The notes under the pieces: model-generated
What the model was told of the DNA's origin: nothing
The model's database searches: none
Seen by the model: only the letters and a program-made list of their open reading frames with translations
Made by a program: the position numbers and the translations under genes
In this document: piece after piece, positions 42,167-52,259 of the stretch
Layout of the letters: each line of letters opens with the position of its first letter
Numbering within the stretch: the first letter of the stretch is position 1
Origin: Spirochaetota bacterium
GTDB taxonomy: Bacteria > Spirochaetota > UBA4802 > JAFGDQ01
Direction: 5' to 3'
DNA length: 64,000 nt
Assembly: GCA_043803405.1 (NCBI GenBank)
Contig: JAZDKB010000020.1
Span: 44,064-108,063 of the forward strand

Positions 42167-43216
42167 CTAATCGACATTTTTAATATTTTTTAAATCGCCT
42201 ATATTGCGGAAATATTTTACCATATCAAAGTCAATTCGTTTGCCTGATCGTATTCTGTCTCTTAAATCTGCCATGTGCGCGTCAATCAACTGGAGTTCTC
42301 TCAAATTTTTACGTTCCAGGCTGTTTGTCTCAACGACTGAATCTATCCCTCCGTTTTTAATGACTATTCTTCTGTCTCCCATGAGCGCCAAAATCGGATC
42401 ATGTGTCGACATGAGGACGATCTTTTCTTCTCTTACAAGGAGGTCGAGGGCTTTCCTCCGATCAACGCCGGCGTTTTCTATTTCATCAATGACTACGATC
42501 GGCAGCGGGCTTAGTAGCGCCGTATCGGCAACCATGAGCGCCCTCGACTGGCCGCCCGAGAGCTGCGTTACCGGAGTACTCATCCCGAAAGGTTCACCCG
42601 CAAGTTCATTGGCGCATGTAACAATTTTTTGCACTGTTGTTCCTATTTCGCTTATCATTCTGCTTTCTGCATGCATGGTGATAAATTCCGCGACTGTGAG
42701 GTCAACCACAAAGTTCATGTTTTGCGAAAGCTGAGCGACTAGCTTATTCTCAATCGAAAAACGCTTCTCGCTATCCGGAATACTGTCATTAATGAGTATC
42801 TGCCTGCCAGTGGGTGTATCCCTCTGAGCCAGACATTCTATATCGGCAAGGAGCCTGCTTTTACCCGATCCTGTAGGCCCGACAACGCAGACTATTTCAC
42901 CTGGCCTGAACGCGAGAGTTATATCCTCTTTCTCGCCGTTTTTGTTGCGGCCTCCTATTATAGTGAGAGAGTGCACCTGCCTCTGCGGAGCGTCCTTCAG
43001 ATCACTCATTTTCCGGATGAATACCGCGAAATGCTGCAGCATCTGCTCGCGGTCAATGCCGCAATCTTCGATGAACACGTCTGTTAATCCTGAAATAAAT
43101 TCAGCAACAGACAGATGTCCTGCGATTTCCTTTAATCCAAATGAGAAAAAAAATTCCTTCGCGTATGGATGAGACTGCATCAGTGTATCTATTGGAGTAG
43201 ATAATAATTCGTTCAT
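42167..43216 (-). CDS. Stand-alone ABC-type ATPase with N-terminal extension
   Basis: GPTGSGKS, LSGGQ, IDEIENAG, THDP; no permease adjacent. Confidence 0.85.
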   Translation of the reverse strand: MNELLSTPIDTLMQSHPYAKEFFFSFGLKEIAGHLSVAEFISGLTDVFIEDCGIDREQMLQHFAVFIRKMSDLKDAPQRQVHSLTIIGGRNKNGEKEDITLAFRPGEIVCVVGPTGSGKSRLLADIECLAQRDTPTGRQILINDSIPDSEKRFSIENKLVAQLSQNMNFVVDLTVAEFITMHAESRMISEIGTTVQKIVTCANELAGEPFGMSTPVTQLSGGQSRALMVADTALLSPLPIVVIDEIENAGVDRRKALDLLVREEKIVLMSTHDPILALMGDRRIVIKNGGIDSVVETNSLERKNLRELQLIDAHMADLRDRIRSGKRIDFDMVKYFRNIGDLKNIKNVD

Positions 43217-43220
43217 GTCA

Positions 43221-43916
43221 TTACTCCGATTGCCAATTCATCTTTTTAACATATCCCCGCTGGTACTCCTTTCCTATCTTTGTTTCGCCGAGACAATAAG
43301 AGCACATCGCTGCCGGCATGGAAAACCGGAGGCGCCGTCCTTCGAGCTTATCTAAAGCAGGGGCAGTCTCGAGCATAACTCCCAGATCGTAAGCTCCCTG
43401 TCCCGTTATGCCATTTATGTTCATTATTGCAGCGCGGGGATTTGCCTGTTTTACTCTGAAAGTAAATATCTCGCGTTCGGCCTGTGAAACAATATCACCC
43501 TTTGTAATGACGACAATATCTGCCAGCTTTAACATCGGCCCAATTTTTTTTGGCGTATTAATTCCCGAAAGATTATCAATAACACATATCGCTAGAGCAT
43601 CCTTTATGTGAGGGGCGCAGCGGTTGCACAGGCCGGCGCTTTCTATGATTAGAACGTCTATATCCTTTTGCACACCCCACTGCAGGCATTCCTCTATATT
43701 ACTTATAAAAAAATGATCGGGACATAGAGTGCCGGACAGTCCGACCTTTACCGGGATTTGGTACTTTTCATAAGCCTGATCGTCATAAGTAATTGTACAG
43801 TCGAACTTGATTACGCCTGTCTTAAGCCCCTTTGTTTTTAAATAGCCTGCTGCCTTTATAATCACAGATGTCTTTCCCGATGATGGCGGCCCTGCAACAG
43901 TGACAAGCCGTATCAT
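43221..43916 (-). CDS. HypB/UreG/CobW-type G3E GTPase
   Basis: GPPSSGKT, LCPDH, ESAGLCNRC, TKGD, CSYC. Confidence 0.85.
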   Translation of the reverse strand: MIRLVTVAGPPSSGKTSVIIKAAGYLKTKGLKTGVIKFDCTITYDDQAYEKYQIPVKVGLSGTLCPDHFFISNIEECLQWGVQKDIDVLIIESAGLCNRCAPHIKDALAICVIDNLSGINTPKKIGPMLKLADIVVITKGDIVSQAEREIFTFRVKQANPRAAIMNINGITGQGAYDLGVMLETAPALDKLEGRRLRFSMPAAMCSYCLGETKIGKEYQRGYVKKMNWQSE

Positions 43917-44959
43917 ACCCTGCCTCCTTTACCGGATTTCCGCCATTCTGAAATGAACACGCTGTGCGCGTAATCCCTTAATTCTGCCGGGTCATGAAAT
44001 TTAATATAATCCCATCCCAACCATTTAAAGTTCGCACCTTCCGGTAGGTTGTTATCCACGTAAGGATTGAGAGAAGGAAAGCATGACAACGCGCATTGTC
44101 TTCCCAGTTTAACACCTGTGACATAGTCAATAATGGCTGCCATTTCTTTTACTTTGGACTCTTTTACGAGAAGGTAAAGCGGACTTGAACAAGCACCGTC
44201 TTCCGGCCAGACCATAGAAACTGTTTCGGTCCTGGGACAGCAGGAGGCGAAAAACCAGGGTAATATATAGACTGCTGCCCCGCAGGGATTAGCTGTCCCT
44301 GCTATTCTGGCCATTTCGGCAGCGTGATATGACTCTTTTACATTGGTGGCAAGCCGGGTAAGGCCGTTCTCACCGTATTCCTTGTATAAATAAAGCAAAG
44401 GTACATCTGCTACTTCATCTTCGTTGCCGCCACAGATAATTATATTATCCCGGAATCGAGGCTCAAGGAGGTCGCACCACTGCTTCGGCAATGGGATATT
44501 GCCTAGTCTTTGTTTATCAACGAGCAAGAGGTAAGGCATCACACCGTATACTGTATAGTATCCATCGGGATCCCGGAATCCAGCTTTCTCAAAAGGCTCG
44601 TTTAGACAGTCTTTCCATACACTGGTGAAGCAGCCCTTGGCAACAAATCTATCGACGAATTTCTTCCTGAAAAAGTCGCCAAATCCCATCGATGCTATAA
44701 CATCCGGCAAATCATTAATATCCGTACTTTTCCATATATCATCATATATCCCCTCGCTCCCGCAACCCATTGGAACGAAGCTTTTTAGCCGGTTCCCGGA
44801 TTCTATCTTATACGCACCCAGCGCACTGTCGAGGCCTTCTTTAAAAGTAGGCTTAACAGCACAGGGCGCATAGGCGAGAAAATTCAAATGATCGACGAAT
44901 TCCTGCCCGGCTTGTTTTTCGTTTGATTCAAACTTTATACCGATATCCAATTTATTCAT
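43913..44959 (-). CDS. Substrate-binding-fold protein without signal peptide
   Basis: PDVIAS.GF, PKQW.DLL.P, WPEDGA..SP, FKWLGWDYI; Cys-rich. Confidence 0.75.
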   Translation of the reverse strand: MNKLDIGIKFESNEKQAGQEFVDHLNFLAYAPCAVKPTFKEGLDSALGAYKIESGNRLKSFVPMGCGSEGIYDDIWKSTDINDLPDVIASMGFGDFFRKKFVDRFVAKGCFTSVWKDCLNEPFEKAGFRDPDGYYTVYGVMPYLLLVDKQRLGNIPLPKQWCDLLEPRFRDNIIICGGNEDEVADVPLLYLYKEYGENGLTRLATNVKESYHAAEMARIAGTANPCGAAVYILPWFFASCCPRTETVSMVWPEDGACSSPLYLLVKESKVKEMAAIIDYVTGVKLGRQCALSCFPSLNPYVDNNLPEGANFKWLGWDYIKFHDPAELRDYAHSVFISEWRKSGKGGRV

Positions 44960-46049
44960 TGGGATTCCTCCTTATCCTGGATATTTTTCCGAAATCGCAC
45001 CCGATATTTTTATACTCTTCGCCATAATGTTTAGTATCCTTCCATTTAAACATAAATAATGCGTGTGAATACTCTCTTAATTCTGCAGTATCATGTGATT
45101 GAATATAATCCCAGCCCAACCACTTAAATGTGGCGCCCTCCGGCAGCGAATTATCAACGCCGGGATGTAGTACAGGCAAACAAAATTGAGCACTCTTTGC
45201 GCCCAATTCAAAACTTGTTATATATTGAACAATTGCTTTCATCTCCTTTGCCTTCGACTCCTTCACTAAAATATAAAGAGGACTTGTAAAAGCTCCGTCT
45301 TCAGGCCAAACTACGGAGACGCTTTTGGTTTTTACACAGGAGTTGGCAAAAAACCATGAGAGAATATAGACTGCAGCACCTTCCGTGCTGTCGGAACCGG
45401 CCTCCCTGGCAATCCGGGCTGCCGGCCATATTGCCTTGATGTTCCTTGCAAGCCGTGTAATGCCTTCCTCTCCCATTTCTTTGTAAATGTAGAGCAAAGG
45501 TACATTTGCCGCTCCATTACCTGACTGGCTGATGATTACTTTGTTGCGAAACTGAGGCGTCAGCAGATCCTTCCATTGCCTCGGCATCTGGAGATCGCCA
45601 AGCCTTTTCCTGTCAACGAGCATTACGAAAGGTACGACGGAGTATGCGGTGTACCATCCGCGGGGATCAATGAAACCTGCCTTTTCAAAAACACTGCTTA
45701 CTGGTCTGTCCCACCCGCTCTTAAAACATCCTTTCTTTACAAATTTTTCAACGAACTCTTTTCTGACAAAATCTCCAAATCCCATTGCTGCGACAACATC
45801 AGGAAAACAATCAATATTAGACGTCTTCCAGATATCCTCATACTTATCGTTACCATGGTTAGGCCATTCCATAGGGCCATATATTTTCAGGTCATGACCG
45901 GTCTCGTTGCGGTATATCCGCGCCACATTATCAAAACCTTCTTTGAAAGTGCGTTTGAAAATGCCGGGTGCGTAAATAAGAAAATTCAGATGCTCCCTTT
46001 CCTGTTCTTTTTCTGCCCTATTAAATGGAGAATGCTTTATACTGTTCAT
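44952..46049 (-). CDS. Substrate-binding-fold protein without signal peptide (paralog)
   Basis: Co-linear paralog of 43913-44959 (WPEDGA, FKWLGWDYI). Confidence 0.75.
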   Translation of the reverse strand: MNSIKHSPFNRAEKEQEREHLNFLIYAPGIFKRTFKEGFDNVARIYRNETGHDLKIYGPMEWPNHGNDKYEDIWKTSNIDCFPDVVAAMGFGDFVRKEFVEKFVKKGCFKSGWDRPVSSVFEKAGFIDPRGWYTAYSVVPFVMLVDRKRLGDLQMPRQWKDLLTPQFRNKVIISQSGNGAANVPLLYIYKEMGEEGITRLARNIKAIWPAARIAREAGSDSTEGAAVYILSWFFANSCVKTKSVSVVWPEDGAFTSPLYILVKESKAKEMKAIVQYITSFELGAKSAQFCLPVLHPGVDNSLPEGATFKWLGWDYIQSHDTAELREYSHALFMFKWKDTKHYGEEYKNIGCDFGKISRIRRNPNE

Positions 46050-46123
46050 TACTCATTGCCTTTGATGATCATTGTCACTCATAACGGATATTCCGAATTA
46101 ACCTTCATTTTGTTTTAACCTAA

Positions 46124-47173
46124 TCACTGTATGTTTTGTGTAAGTATTTCGCTAATCTGCATATCTGTTAGCTGATATCCGAAAAACTTGTGATAAAAGT
46201 ACTTCATCTCATCCGCGATGTTGAGACCTTCAAAACGATCAGGATAGAGAAGCTTGGCCAGCCAGAGTATAGATATGGCTTGTTCCGGAGTAAAATTTGT
46301 CCATGGATGAGCTCCAACAGGCACAACATACACTTTTTGGTTCTTAACTGCCTTCAGTTGTGAGTAGCACTTCTCATGATAGATATGCTTAACCTCGGCA
46401 GGTCCACCAACCAGAAGAATATCCGGGTCCCATGTGATGAGACGTTCCAAAGAGAATGCCGAATACTCAGGAATCATGCCTGTGGCTCCATATCTGCCAC
46501 CCGCCAGCATAATAAGATGACTTGCAGTTGATGCCATTGGCAATGCCATGGGATTTATTCGAATGTAAAGAACACGTGGCCGTTTCTCCTCAGATATTGC
46601 TGCGACCTGAGCGGACACTCTCAACAGGACATTTTGATAGTATTCCTCGAATTCCTTAGCTTTGTCACGCTGGTTAAAAATTTCTCCCATAAGTGCTATT
46701 GTTTTTCTAACGCATTCAGTATCTCTCCAGTTCAGAGAAATAACAGTGAAACCTCTTTTCTCCAACATGCGGGCAGTCGATTCACTGTCTACAAAGATCA
46801 AATCATGCGGCAGGGTTGCGAGCACCTCCAGATTAGGCGTCCATACAGATGCAGCGCTGGCGGAAACCACTGGTTGATTAACCAGCGAAGGAGCAAATAC
46901 TGTCTGGTATTTCCAGCGGTTATCGTGCATCGTCATCGTCAACGGAAGCCCATTCTTAATAGTCGCTCCTTTGCCTATGGCAAAAATAAATGCGTTTACG
47001 GCAGGGGTTCCCCCTGCCGTTATTACTCTTCGCACCTCCCGCGGGATCAACACTCTTCTTCCAGCCATATCAATTACAAACCTGCCCGAATCTTCAGAAG
47101 AACGAGCCGGTGCCGGTGAAAGACAAAATAATAAACAAAATATTAAAAAGAATGTTGCATCTCTATATCTCAC
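46124..47173 (-). CDS. Metal-chelate ABC substrate-binding protein
   Basis: Signal peptide, DMAGRRVLIP, SLERLITWDPD, AVKNQKVY. Confidence 0.88.
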   Translation of the reverse strand: MRYRDATFFLIFCLLFCLSPAPARSSEDSGRFVIDMAGRRVLIPREVRRVITAGGTPAVNAFIFAIGKGATIKNGLPLTMTMHDNRWKYQTVFAPSLVNQPVVSASAASVWTPNLEVLATLPHDLIFVDSESTARMLEKRGFTVISLNWRDTECVRKTIALMGEIFNQRDKAKEFEEYYQNVLLRVSAQVAAISEEKRPRVLYIRINPMALPMASTASHLIMLAGGRYGATGMIPEYSAFSLERLITWDPDILLVGGPAEVKHIYHEKCYSQLKAVKNQKVYVVPVGAHPWTNFTPEQAISILWLAKLLYPDRFEGLNIADEMKYFYHKFFGYQLTDMQISEILTQNIQ

Positions 47174-47181
47174 AAGAACTC

Positions 47182-49536
47182 CTAAATTCTGATTTTAGCG
47201 CCTCCGATGATAGTGAAAGGTGCGCCAGGCATATAATCAATACCCGATGCCTGCCTTGGCGAATCTTGCCAGTTATGTATAATGCTGATATATTTTTTAT
47301 TAAACAGATTAACAAAGTTCAGGTAAAAAGTCACTTCCTCAAACCTCCATATATTATTCATAATGTAGCTGAAGTTTAAGTCCACCAGTGTATAGGCGTC
47401 AACCTTCTCCTTGTTCTCACAATCGCTATAGCGTTTTCCCAAATAACGAATTAACGGACTGACACTAAATCCTCGGATTGTATACTTTATACCTATCTTT
47501 CCCATTAATTCCGGAACGTCGGATACTTGCTTCCCCTTACAATCAATAGTTGCACCGCCAGTAGTTGTTATATTTTCTCTGAAGGTTACTCTGTTATACG
47601 ATACGGAACCAAAGGTGGTAAATCCACTGACAGGAGTGACACCTGCTTCAACTTCTGCGCCCTTTGATTCGGCTTTGGCTTTGTTCTGGTAATAAGCGAG
47701 CCCGACCACAGGATCAAAGACATCCGGCACCTGCTTATTGTAGATGCGGCTATAAAACAGAGTAGGCGCAAGATACCATGTCCCTGAGTGATAGCTGATC
47801 CCCAGGTCAAAGTTGTTTGACGTCTCTAGTTTCATATCATCCCAAAGATCCTGAAGTGATATTCCTGCGTTTCGAAATTTAGAATTAGGATCTGATTTAA
47901 TATAATCGCTGTAATAAGTAGAGTAAATTCCCCCTAACCATGGCGAGGCATAGTTTCTTCCATAAGTTAGACGGGTATTGATCTGCTGGTTGATTTCATA
48001 ATTAAGTCCGGCATAGGGAAGCCACGCATCCATGTTTTTACTTTTTGCGTGCATACCATCTATGGGTGTTGTATAGTTGAATACATCATCGTAGGAAACG
48101 TCCGGTACACCTGCTGTTTTATATCCTGTTACGCTTGGCAAACTAATCCGGATATACTTAATGCCGGTATCAACACGCAAATTACCCAGGCGGTTGTTAA
48201 GCATCAGATATGGCGAATGAGATTCCCGGTTGCCGACTTTAGTAATGTACTGCCAGCTGTTAAACGTAAGGTTGTGGTCAGTAGTATTAATGTCATACTT
48301 TTTCTGATCTTTTGAAGGGGGCATGGTATCCATACTCTGATACCAATATCCAACCTTCGCTAAAGTTGGCCCAATATTTATTCCGTATTCCGAAAGAAAA
48401 CCATATTGTTCCTGCTCAATGTTGTTACGTTGAATAGTATTATCAGTAGTACCGGAACTGTTATAACTGAGCCGATAGCCGTCTGCCAAATAATAATAAG
48501 GCTTGAATGTCAGGTAACTGTCCTTTGTAGGTTTGTATTCCATCAAGAGCATACCTAAGTATTCATCAAACTTTTGACGATTGAAATTGTAATAGTATTT
48601 GTCTTGCAAAGAATTACCGGTAAGGTTTGCATTGAAATCATACCCTCTATAATATGACTTATCCTGTGTCTGGAGATAAGACAACGGCCGATAGGCATGC
48701 TGCTCTAAAGTGTTGTATGCTCCAAAAAATGAAATTTTTATATCTGCAGGGAGTGTTTGACTAATTCCGATAGTGCCATTATTCCGTTTGCCGGTTCCGG
48801 GTCCGCGCCATTTGTCTGTTTCTGTGGTAGATCCTGAAACAAAAAGGCGGGTTTTAGTCGGTAGTTCGCCTGAATCGACACGCCCAAAAGATCGATCGAA
48901 GCGGTTCGATCCCCAACTCTGATTAAAAATGATCGGAGAATTGGAAGAAGGCTGCATAAATGACTGATCCGTAGCTCCGGCAAAATTGCCAAACCCAAAT
49001 CCTTTGTCAGGAGGCACTGGTCCGCGGATCAGTGATATCTGTGAAATATCATCAAGGTCGATTGGACTGCCGAAAAACCCCGAACCGACATTTGCGCCTA
49101 TGGGAAGGCCTTCTATCGTGCGGGATGATTTGCTAAATGTGTCCCCGTACTGCCCTCTGATCCGAACATTATTCTGGTCATTTAATAAACCGACAGCATC
49201 GGAACTCTCACTGTGAACCGATGGCAGCATGTCAAGGGCCTTGAAAGGATTTTTCTGGGCAGCACCTGCCAGCTGGTCTATCATATCCTTGTCCACTGTA
49301 CTCTGTGTATGCGTCTGTGCCGCATCCTCTTTGCGCAATCGTGTCCCTTTGATAATTATCTCGGTAACTTTATCTGTTTTTGCTTTCTCTTCTTCTGAAT
49401 CATTCTTGATTTCAGTTTTTACATCAGTTTTAACTGTTTCCGCAGGGTGTTCCAGTTGAGCCTGCGCGCTCAGATTTATTTGAGAAATAGATATAATGAC
49501 AATACAGCAAAACAAGAATATTAAAAATCTTTTCAT
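47182..49536 (-). CDS. TonB-dependent receptor
   Basis: Signal peptide, EIIIKG TonB box, VRIRG plug, NLFNKKY...GAPFT; paralog of 39530-41872. Confidence 0.92.
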   Translation of the reverse strand: MKRFLIFLFCCIVIISISQINLSAQAQLEHPAETVKTDVKTEIKNDSEEEKAKTDKVTEIIIKGTRLRKEDAAQTHTQSTVDKDMIDQLAGAAQKNPFKALDMLPSVHSESSDAVGLLNDQNNVRIRGQYGDTFSKSSRTIEGLPIGANVGSGFFGSPIDLDDISQISLIRGPVPPDKGFGFGNFAGATDQSFMQPSSNSPIIFNQSWGSNRFDRSFGRVDSGELPTKTRLFVSGSTTETDKWRGPGTGKRNNGTIGISQTLPADIKISFFGAYNTLEQHAYRPLSYLQTQDKSYYRGYDFNANLTGNSLQDKYYYNFNRQKFDEYLGMLLMEYKPTKDSYLTFKPYYYLADGYRLSYNSSGTTDNTIQRNNIEQEQYGFLSEYGINIGPTLAKVGYWYQSMDTMPPSKDQKKYDINTTDHNLTFNSWQYITKVGNRESHSPYLMLNNRLGNLRVDTGIKYIRISLPSVTGYKTAGVPDVSYDDVFNYTTPIDGMHAKSKNMDAWLPYAGLNYEINQQINTRLTYGRNYASPWLGGIYSTYYSDYIKSDPNSKFRNAGISLQDLWDDMKLETSNNFDLGISYHSGTWYLAPTLFYSRIYNKQVPDVFDPVVGLAYYQNKAKAESKGAEVEAGVTPVSGFTTFGSVSYNRVTFRENITTTGGATIDCKGKQVSDVPELMGKIGIKYTIRGFSVSPLIRYLGKRYSDCENKEKVDAYTLVDLNFSYIMNNIWRFEEVTFYLNFVNLFNKKYISIIHNWQDSPRQASGIDYMPGAPFTIIGGAKIRI

Positions 49537-49566
49537 AAAAAACCTCCTAAAATGTTAGCAATCTTT

Positions 49567-49604
49567 CTATATGTCAATAAAAACATAACGCATATTTCTG
49601 TCAA
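49567..49604 (-). promoter_or_regulatory. ModE-like box H
   Basis: CTATATGT-N8-ACATAACG (49567-49590); TGTCAA at 49599-49604. Confidence 0.78.
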
Positions 49605-49694
49605 TGGTTTTTAAATTCTTATACTTTCACTGAGTATTTAATTTGTAATTGGAAGATTTAAAACAACAGCAGGTTAAATTACTTTTTAAATTTT

Positions 49695-50366
49695 TTATTC
49701 TTTCCTGAACTGCATAAACTTTTTGCAATATGGACCGGATAATTTCAGAACCGCGGCAGGGTTATGGCCAAAAACATGATCTTTGGCTATTAACACTGTG
49801 GATAATGCATTCGCATGTTTTATAAAAAGAGAGTCATGTCCCACGCAAAGCCCTATAACAATATTAAACTCCGCGCCCTCATCATTCATTATTTCTGCCT
49901 GTGTTACTGGGTTGCACATTAGTGTGTAGTCCTTTGATCCTCTTGAGATATCTTCATTCGTAATGCCGATAAGTTCTCCGGACAGGCCTCCTACTTTGCA
50001 GCATACGGAAACAACTTCAAAACCATGGTTTTCCAGTATTTTATTGACCAGTATGGATTCATTGCGTAGCGCGCTGCAGAAAGCAAGTCCCAGCCTTTTA
50101 TATCCCATTTTTTTTGCGAACAGTATTGTTTCTTCCAGCCTTGAATAGCGTGCGAATATTCCATCTTCGGAGCGAATAAAGGCTTCGGATTGCTGAATTG
50201 CGGCCTGACGGGCAAATTCCTTGAGCTCCGGTTCGAGTGATTTTCTAAGTCCTTTTTTCATTATACCAGGTTTCCGTTTTATCGGACAATCCGGGGAAGC
50301 TAAATTCGGATTCCTTTTTTCACATACAGGTTCATAGCAGTTCGCGCATTCGGTTATCTGTATCAT
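49695..50366 (-). CDS. DUF1847 Cys-rich putative metal-binding protein
   Basis: CANC...C...CP, GLAFC, SVCCK.G, MCNP..QA, GLCVGHD. Confidence 0.85.
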   Translation of the reverse strand: MIQITECANCYEPVCEKRNPNLASPDCPIKRKPGIMKKGLRKSLEPELKEFARQAAIQQSEAFIRSEDGIFARYSRLEETILFAKKMGYKRLGLAFCSALRNESILVNKILENHGFEVVSVCCKVGGLSGELIGITNEDISRGSKDYTLMCNPVTQAEIMNDEGAEFNIVIGLCVGHDSLFIKHANALSTVLIAKDHVFGHNPAAVLKLSGPYCKKFMQFRKE

Positions 50367-50492
50367 ATTTAACTCCGACTGGTATTAAAAAAAATATTTC
50401 TCCTGTTTTATGATTCGATAAAAGCTTTATCTTCAATAATATTTAAAAAACATTGTCGCCTCGATAAATCTATTTCTATATGGCTGTTCTCA

Positions 50493-50762
50493 TTAACTAT
50501 GAGAAGCAAACTCACTAATAGTCTTTTTTGTTGCCGATTCTTTCTGGGCTTTTACTGCTAATTCCGGTAGTGTTGTGGCATCAGAATTATTATTTTTATC
50601 TGAATCCGCGTTTAATCCGGTTTCTGAATTTGTTTTTTTTTCAGTGTTTGCATCCTGATCCTGTTCAGTCTCGCCATAAAGTTCTTCAAAAGATATTATA
50701 TTGACCAATAAGGACAAAATAATTAATATTTTTTTTATTAAATTAAAATTAATGAATTTCAT
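50493..50762 (-). pseudogene. N-terminal fragment of a TonB-dependent receptor
   Basis: Signal peptide then TLPELAVKAQKESATKKT, matching TLPEVVVKSQKESATKKT of 39530-41872, then an abrupt stop. Confidence 0.8.
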
Positions 50763-51688
50763 ACATACCTGCCTAAAGAAAAAATGAAATTATTTATTTC
50801 TGTATTTTCTATTGTTTTCTCTGACCTTGTAAGGTAAAATTTATCCCGAAAAATGATCAGTCGTTCGGCGGATTTGCCAAAAAAGTGATAACCGGAACCG
50901 CCCTCGGAAAGAGTATCAAGCAGTGTGTCCGGGTCGTTCACTATTACTCCGCCTATAGCGTTTATACCGCGCCGGAAAAAGGCTTCCGGCAGCATGCTTG
51001 CAGTAGGCCCTACCAAAACAGCTTCCGCTCCATCGCGTTTCAGGCGGAGGATATCTTCAAGAGTGTTGTTGATAAGCGTAGTGCCTGTTATAATCAGCAG
51101 ATCGGCCGATGCTATGCATTCATCGGCTTTTTCAGGAGGGCAGTAATATTGCATCTCATCCGCTTTTAGCGTGCGTGTATCTTTTTCCAGAATATGGAAA
51201 TGCCGGCCGCGGCGTTTAAGTATCCGGATATAGGGCACAAGAGCGCCTATGACTACGACCTTTTTGTCGATCGGGATGTTTTTATTTTCAACAGGATCAG
51301 CGAATTCCAGATTATATACAGCCGGAGGAGTCCTGTGCCAGCATGTTGCGGAAAGGGCATTCAGAACAGCAATCCCCAATGCTGTCTGCAAAGGCCCTTT
51401 TTTATAAATATTATCAATATATTCGGAAACTGGTTTTCCTGCCAGCTTACCGGAATCCGGCATGGCGCGCAGGGAACTGGGACAGCAGACTGCTTCAGGG
51501 ATTTCTTTTGCAGGCGTAAGACAGATACCTCCTTCTCCGTTTGAAAGCTTAACACCTGAAAAAAACAGCCCAACAACTGCTCTTTCGACATTAATTGAGT
51601 TAATTTCACGGCCGAGCATATTACGTATTTGCTCTGCTGTTTCCATTAATATATTATAATTATAATTGATATTTTGTTTTGATGCCAA
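50759..51688 (-). CDS. DUF4213/DUF364 Rossmann-like protein
   Basis: ALGIAVLNAL, VVVIG, ITGTTLINNT, GPTASM; start moved to TTG 51688 behind AGGAGG. Confidence 0.85.
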   Translation of the reverse strand: MASKQNINYNYNILMETAEQIRNMLGREINSINVERAVVGLFFSGVKLSNGEGGICLTPAKEIPEAVCCPSSLRAMPDSGKLAGKPVSEYIDNIYKKGPLQTALGIAVLNALSATCWHRTPPAVYNLEFADPVENKNIPIDKKVVVIGALVPYIRILKRRGRHFHILEKDTRTLKADEMQYYCPPEKADECIASADLLIITGTTLINNTLEDILRLKRDGAEAVLVGPTASMLPEAFFRRGINAIGGVIVNDPDTLLDTLSEGGSGYHFFGKSAERLIIFRDKFYLTRSEKTIENTEINNFIFSLGRYV

Positions 51689-51723
51689 CAGAATGCCTCC
51701 TTTTATAATTATTTTGTTTTTAT

Positions 51724-51761
51724 CGATATGTCCAAACAAACATAACGTATATTTCTGTCAA
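51724..51761 (-). promoter_or_regulatory. ModE-like box I between DUF364 and modE
   Basis: CGATATGT-N8-ACATAACG (51724-51747); TGTCAA at 51756-51761. Confidence 0.85.
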
Positions 51762-51836
51762 GACATTTAAAGCAAAAAATTACGGGTTTTTATCCTGTAT
51801 AATAACTTGACAAAATAAAAAATAACATTTAAATGG

Positions 51837-52208
51837 ATGAACATGAACGATCTGAAAATTGATATAGGATATAAAATCTGGATTAAGAACAAGGGAAATG
51901 CCTTTGGGAAAGGGCCTTATACGCTTTTAAAAAATATTGAATCAATGGGTTCGCTCAGCCAGGCGGCCGCTGCAATTAAAATGTCTTACAGGGGAGCGTG
52001 GGGCCTTATTAAAACCTGCGAAGAAAGACTCGGTTTTACTCTCATAGAACGCCAGGTCGGCGGTTCCAGCGGAGGCTATTCCAGATTAACATCCGATGGC
52101 ATGGAATTTATCCGGTGGTATGAAAGTTTAAATAAAGAAGTTAGCGATGCGGTCGAAAAAATATTCAATAAAAAACTGAATAAATTATTTAAAGATAAGA
52201 AAAAATAA
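51837..52208 (+). CDS. modE: ModE-family regulator, winged-helix domain only
   Basis: GSLSQAA...MSYRGAW...ERQVGGSSGGYSRLT; no TOBE domains. Confidence 0.85.
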   Translation: MNMNDLKIDIGYKIWIKNKGNAFGKGPYTLLKNIESMGSLSQAAAAIKMSYRGAWGLIKTCEERLGFTLIERQVGGSSGGYSRLTSDGMEFIRWYESLNKEVSDAVEKIFNKKLNKLFKDKKK

Positions 52209-52259
52209 AGTTCCCCAGGCTAAGCCCCGGCGCTATCGCACCTGCTTCCGCCTTTGGCG

